Below, one piece after another: positions 59,737 through 64,000 of a DNA stretch of 64,000 nt. The translations under genes were made by a program, and so were the position numbers. The first letter of the stretch is position 1, and every line of letters begins with the position of its first letter. Under the pieces are notes generated by a model, which was not told the origin of the DNA, did not search any database, and saw nothing but the letters and a program-made list of their open reading frames with translations. The DNA comes from Macrostomum lignano (taxonomy: Eukaryota): contig NIVC01002623.1 of NCBI GenBank assembly GCA_002269645.1, forward strand, positions 1 through 64,000, written 5' to 3'.

Positions 59737-61285
59737 GTCTGAGCGCCAAACTGAGTGTCTGAGCGCCAAACTGAGTGCCTGAGCGCCACACTGAGTGCCT
59801 GAGCGCCAAACTGAGTGCCTGAGCGCCAAACTGAGTGCCTGAGCGCCAAACTGAGTGCCTGAGTGCCAAACTGAGTGTCTGAGCGCCAAACTGAGTGTCT
59901 GAGCGCCAAACTGAGAGTCTGAGCGCCAAACTGAGTGTCTGAGCGCCAATCTGAGTGTCTGAGCGCTAAACTGAGTGTCTGAGAGCTACAGTGAGAGTCT
60001 GAGAGCTACAGTGAGAGTCTGAGAGCTACAGTGAGAGTCTGAGAGCTACAGTGAGAGTCTGAGAGCTACAGTGAGAGTCTGAGAGCTACAGTGAGAGTCT
60101 GAGAGCTACAGTGAGAGTCTGAGAGCTACAGTGAGAGTCTGAGAGCTACAGTGAGAGTCTGAGAGCTACAATGAGAGTCTGAGAGCTACAGTGAGAGTCT
60201 GAGAGCTACAGTGAGAGTCTGAGAGCTACAATGAGAGTCTGAGAGCTACAGTGAGAGTCTGAGAGCTACAATGAGAGTCTGAGAGCTACAATGAGAGTCT
60301 GAGAGCTACAGTGAGAGTCTGAGAGCTACAATGAGAGTCTGAGAGCTACAATGAGAGTCTGAGAGCTACAGTGAGAGTCTGAGAGCTACAGTGAGAGTCT
60401 GAGAGCTACAATGAGAGTCTGAGAGCTACAATGAGTGTCTGAGAGCTGCAATGAGTGTCTGTGAGCTACAGTGAGAGTCTGAGAACTACAATGAGAGTCT
60501 GAGAGCTACAATGAGTGTCTGAGAGCTGCAATGAGAGTCTGTGAGCTACAATGAGAGTCTGAGAGCTACAGTGAGAGTCTGAGAACTACAGTGAGAGTCT
60601 GAGAGCTACAATGAGTGTCTGAGAGCTGCAATGAGAGTCTGTGAGCTACAGTGAGAGTCTGAGAGCTACAGTGAGAGTCTGTGAGCTACAGTGAGAGTCT
60701 GAGAACTACAATGAGAGTCTGAGAGCTACAATGAGTGTCTGAGAGCTGCAATGAGAGTCTGTGAGCTACAGTGAGAGTCTGAGAACTACAATGAGAGTCT
60801 GAGAGCTACAATGAGTGTCTGAGAGCTGCAATGAGAGTCTGTGAGCTACAGTGAGAGTCTGAGAGCTACAGTGAGAGTCTGAGAACTACAGTGAGAGTCT
60901 GAGAACTACAATGAGAGTCTGAGAGCTACAATGAGTGTCTGAGAGCTGCAATGAGAGTCTGTGAGCTACAGTGAGAGTCTGAGAGCTACAGTGAGAGTCT
61001 GAGAACTACAGTGAGAGTCTGAGAACTACAGTGAGAGTCTGAGAACTACAATGAGAGTCTGAGAGCTACAATGAGTGTCTGAGAGCTGCAATGAGAGTCT
61101 GTGAGCTACAGTGAGAGTCTGAGAACTACAATGAGAGTCTGAGAGCTACAATGAGTGTCTGAGAGCTACAGTGAGAGTCTGAGAGCTACAGTGAGAGTCT
61201 GAGAGCTACAATGAGAGTCTGAGAGCTACAATGAGAGTCTGAGAGCTACAATGAGAGTCTGGGAGCTACAGTGAGAGTCTGGGAG
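59737..61285. repeat. Compound 20-bp satellite: CTGAGCGCCAAACTGAGTGT (to ~59990) grading into GAGAGCTACA[G/A]TGAGAGTCT
   Basis: Same period and phase across the transition. Confidence 0.95.
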
Positions 61286-61769
61286 CTGCCACAATGAGTC
61301 TGTTTCACAGAAATGCCGTCACATAACCAAATGAATTTGTCTATTTAACGAGCGCTCTGTCTCAGCTTGAGGCGGGAATGGATGGGGATCTCAGCGGTGG
61401 ATCTCAATTACAAATTGCTCAAACTTTTTTGTTTCGCCCGCCTAACGACAATAAAATCGGTTTTTCCCCTTTCTCGATCCAGCAGAGCTTCAGCAGATCG
61501 AGTGAAGCAAGCGGAGGCCGCCTAGCAACCAGGTTGAGGACGCTTGCCGAGCCAGCGGGGCGCCCTCTTTGACCACCGACGAGGACGGGATCGCCTCACT
61601 GACCGGATTGTTTCCGCCGTTGGCCTCGGGGGGTTTCTTTGCGCTGCGGGCGATCCCGAAGTTTCCCTCATCAAAAAAATATTTGCTTTTCAATGTGCGT
61701 TTTTGTCTGTCTGTCTTGTTTATGGGTGCTCTTGCTAGATCTGGGACGGCACTTTCACCTCGTGAGAGA

Positions 61770-62110
61770 TCTCTAAATCCCAATGTCACTCCTAATGAGA
61801 TCTCTAGATCTCAATGTCACTCCTAATGAGATCTCTAGATCTCAATGTCACTCCTAATGAGATCTCCAAATCCCAATTTCACTCCTTATGAGATCTCTAA
61901 AGCCAAATGTCACTCCTTTTACAAGATCTCTAAGTCCCGATTTCACTCCTTACAAGACCTCTAAATTCCAATGTCACTCGTTATGAGATCTCTAAATCCA
62001 AATGTCACTCCTTACAAGACCTCTAAATTCCAATGTCACTCGTTATGAGATCTCTAAATCCAAATGTCACTCCTTACAAGATCTCCAAATCCCAATGTCA
62101 CCCCGTGCGA
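61770..62110. repeat. ~31-bp tandem repeat x~11 (AGATCTCTAAATCCCAATGTCACTCCTAATG)
   Basis: Read directly; degenerate units. Confidence 0.85.
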
Positions 62111-62654
62111 GATCTCACACCAAGGCAGGGATTCAGTTCATCTGAATATTCAGCTCGGGCTGTCATTATTGACTTTATCCGTAAATAACTCGATCCGTGC
62201 CGCGACAAGGACGCCGCTCTCAAGTGTCCTTGGCGCCGGCAAACAAAATTGAATCAGCCGCCACTTCAGGAAAATTTTTTTGCCAAATCCGTCTCTCGGC
62301 TGCCGGGAAAATTTTTGCAGAAACTGGGCGCCATACTTTATGCTAACCGAATTTGCTGCAGCCACTTCACCAGCCGCTAGCGATTGACAGGTTCTGGCCG
62401 CGTCCAGATCGAAAGTCGGGCTCGGCCGAGAAAAGCTTCGCCACAACAAGCCCCGTTCATTACGGAGCCAAACTCGATTTTCTGCCAACGCTTCATACTC
62501 GATGCTGTATCAGTCCCTCTGCTCATAATCCCCATCATGCTCTGCCTTAATGAGCTGCGAATACGGCATGCACTGGCTGGGTGGTCTTCTCTCTTCTCAC
62601 TGATGCTGCTCACTTGGATTTTCTGCTTTTATCCGTGACTTTCTCTTGCTTTCT

Positions 62655-63150
62655 CTGCCTCTCCCTCTCTACCCCTGCCTCTCTACCCCTGCCTCTCTAC
62701 CCCTGCCTCTCTACCCCTGCCTCTCTACCCCTGCCTCTCTACCCCTCCCTCTCTACCCCTCCCTCTCTAACCCTCCCTCTCTACCCCTGACTCTCTACCT
62801 CTCCCTCTCTACCTCTCCCTCTCTAACCCTCCCTCTCTACCCCTGACTCTCTACCCCTCCCTCTCTACCTCTCCCTCTCTACCCCTCCCTCTCTACCCCT
62901 CCCTCTCTGTCCGTGCCTCTCTACCCCTGCCTCTCTACCCCTGCCTCTCTACCCCTGCCTCTCTACCCCTCCTTCTCTATCCTTCCCTCTCTACCCCCTG
63001 CCTCTCTACCCCTACCTCTCTACCCCTCCCTCTCCACCCCTCCTTCTCTATCCCTCCTCTCCACCCCTCCTTCTCTATCCCTCCCTCTCCACCCCTCCTT
63101 CTCTACCCCTACCTCTCCACCCCTCCTTCTCTACCCCTCCCTCTCCATCC
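62655..63150. repeat. 14-bp CT-rich repeat (CCTCTCTACCCCT[G/C])
   Basis: Read directly. Confidence 0.9.
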
Positions 63151-64000
63151 CTCCTTTTTTACTCTCTTCATCAGCTTTGTGCTGCCCTATCTCCCCATTC
63201 TTATTCCTTATATCCCCAGTCTGCGCTCGCTGCACTCATTTAACTCCAATAAAAAAGCCATCAATACCTAGCAGTGAAGTTAACAAGGCAGCTCCATTTG
63301 GCAAAGGCGGATCTGCAGCGGGAACAAGCATCGCTCCATGTTTGCCGACTCAGCCCCTGCTCCTCTTGTCTTCAATGTTGCAGCTCGATTCTTCTCTTTT
63401 GCATCGAATTTTTTTCATTACAATGCAGCAAAATTGCATGCGAATTATTCTCCTCAAATTGCCTGGGTGAAGCCCCGCACTCCCCATCCCGCCCCAGCGT
63501 CTCCCCCCCCCCGGCCGCTGCGCAAACACTTCGGGAATGCAGTTTGTTTGAAATATATTTTTTCCAGCCTCCCCTCATCTGCAGAGTATCAGCAGCATCA
63601 GCAGCAGCAGCAGCAGCAGCAGCAGTATTCCCGTCTGTCATTAGCCAGGTAGCCACCTCGCAACTCCCCTCGGTGGCTCATCAGCTAAGGCAAACATTGC
63701 ACCAACGGGACGCTGCTCGAGGCCACTTCAGCTCGCCTCAATTCGGTCCAATTTTCCACCATCATCATCAGCATCCGGGGATTCCTCATCATCATGTTTA
63801 CCTGGCGCACTTCAGCCAGAGCGCACTGGGGGAGGCTGCGGGGATCTCATTTTGTCTTGTCTCGGCTCAGCCGGAACGCTGCTACTAGTAAACAGGCTTT
63901 GGGTAGCAGCTTGGCGGATACTTTTTCACCAGACCAGCTTCAATCCTTTTTCAATGTTTGATTATTCGGAGACAGCTGCCCTGAGAACTGCTCAAAATAT

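Noticed and set aside
58355-63888. Assorted 60-200 aa ORFs (58355-58690, 59137-59583, 62150-62488, 63274-63888)
   Set aside because: No recognisable domain or consistent splice model. Some may be exons of an unresolved minus-strand gene but cannot be supported.

Overview
Eukaryotic (animal) genomic DNA with spliceosomal introns and dense mini/microsatellites. There are no prokaryotic features, CRISPR arrays or rRNA. The style (short GC-rich genes, 30-300 nt introns, a different minisatellite in almost every long intron) suggests a free-living flatworm such as Macrostomum, but that is inference only. 1-21.5 kb: three class C (mGluR-like) GPCR paralogues with a mosaic pattern of near-identical and diverged blocks, interspersed with transposon relics (P/THAP-like, Harbinger MITE, LOA/R1-like LINE, CORE-SINE, solo LTR). 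24-56 kb: a cell-surface/secreted protein neighbourhood with an LRR-TM receptor, a PAN+C-type lectin, a GT32 glycosyltransferase, an N-anchored unknown protein, MRPL36 with a satellite-filled intron, and four small type I membrane proteins. All four share a juxtamembrane motif F-x4-C-x(5-12)-C-x-R-x-[WYF]-x3-F-[YF] that I do not recognise as a named domain. 56-64 kb: mostly satellites. Most long ORFs in the supplied track are tandem-repeat artefacts. Several real genes only appear after manual splicing, and three contain apparent indel frameshifts (assembly error or pseudogenisation).
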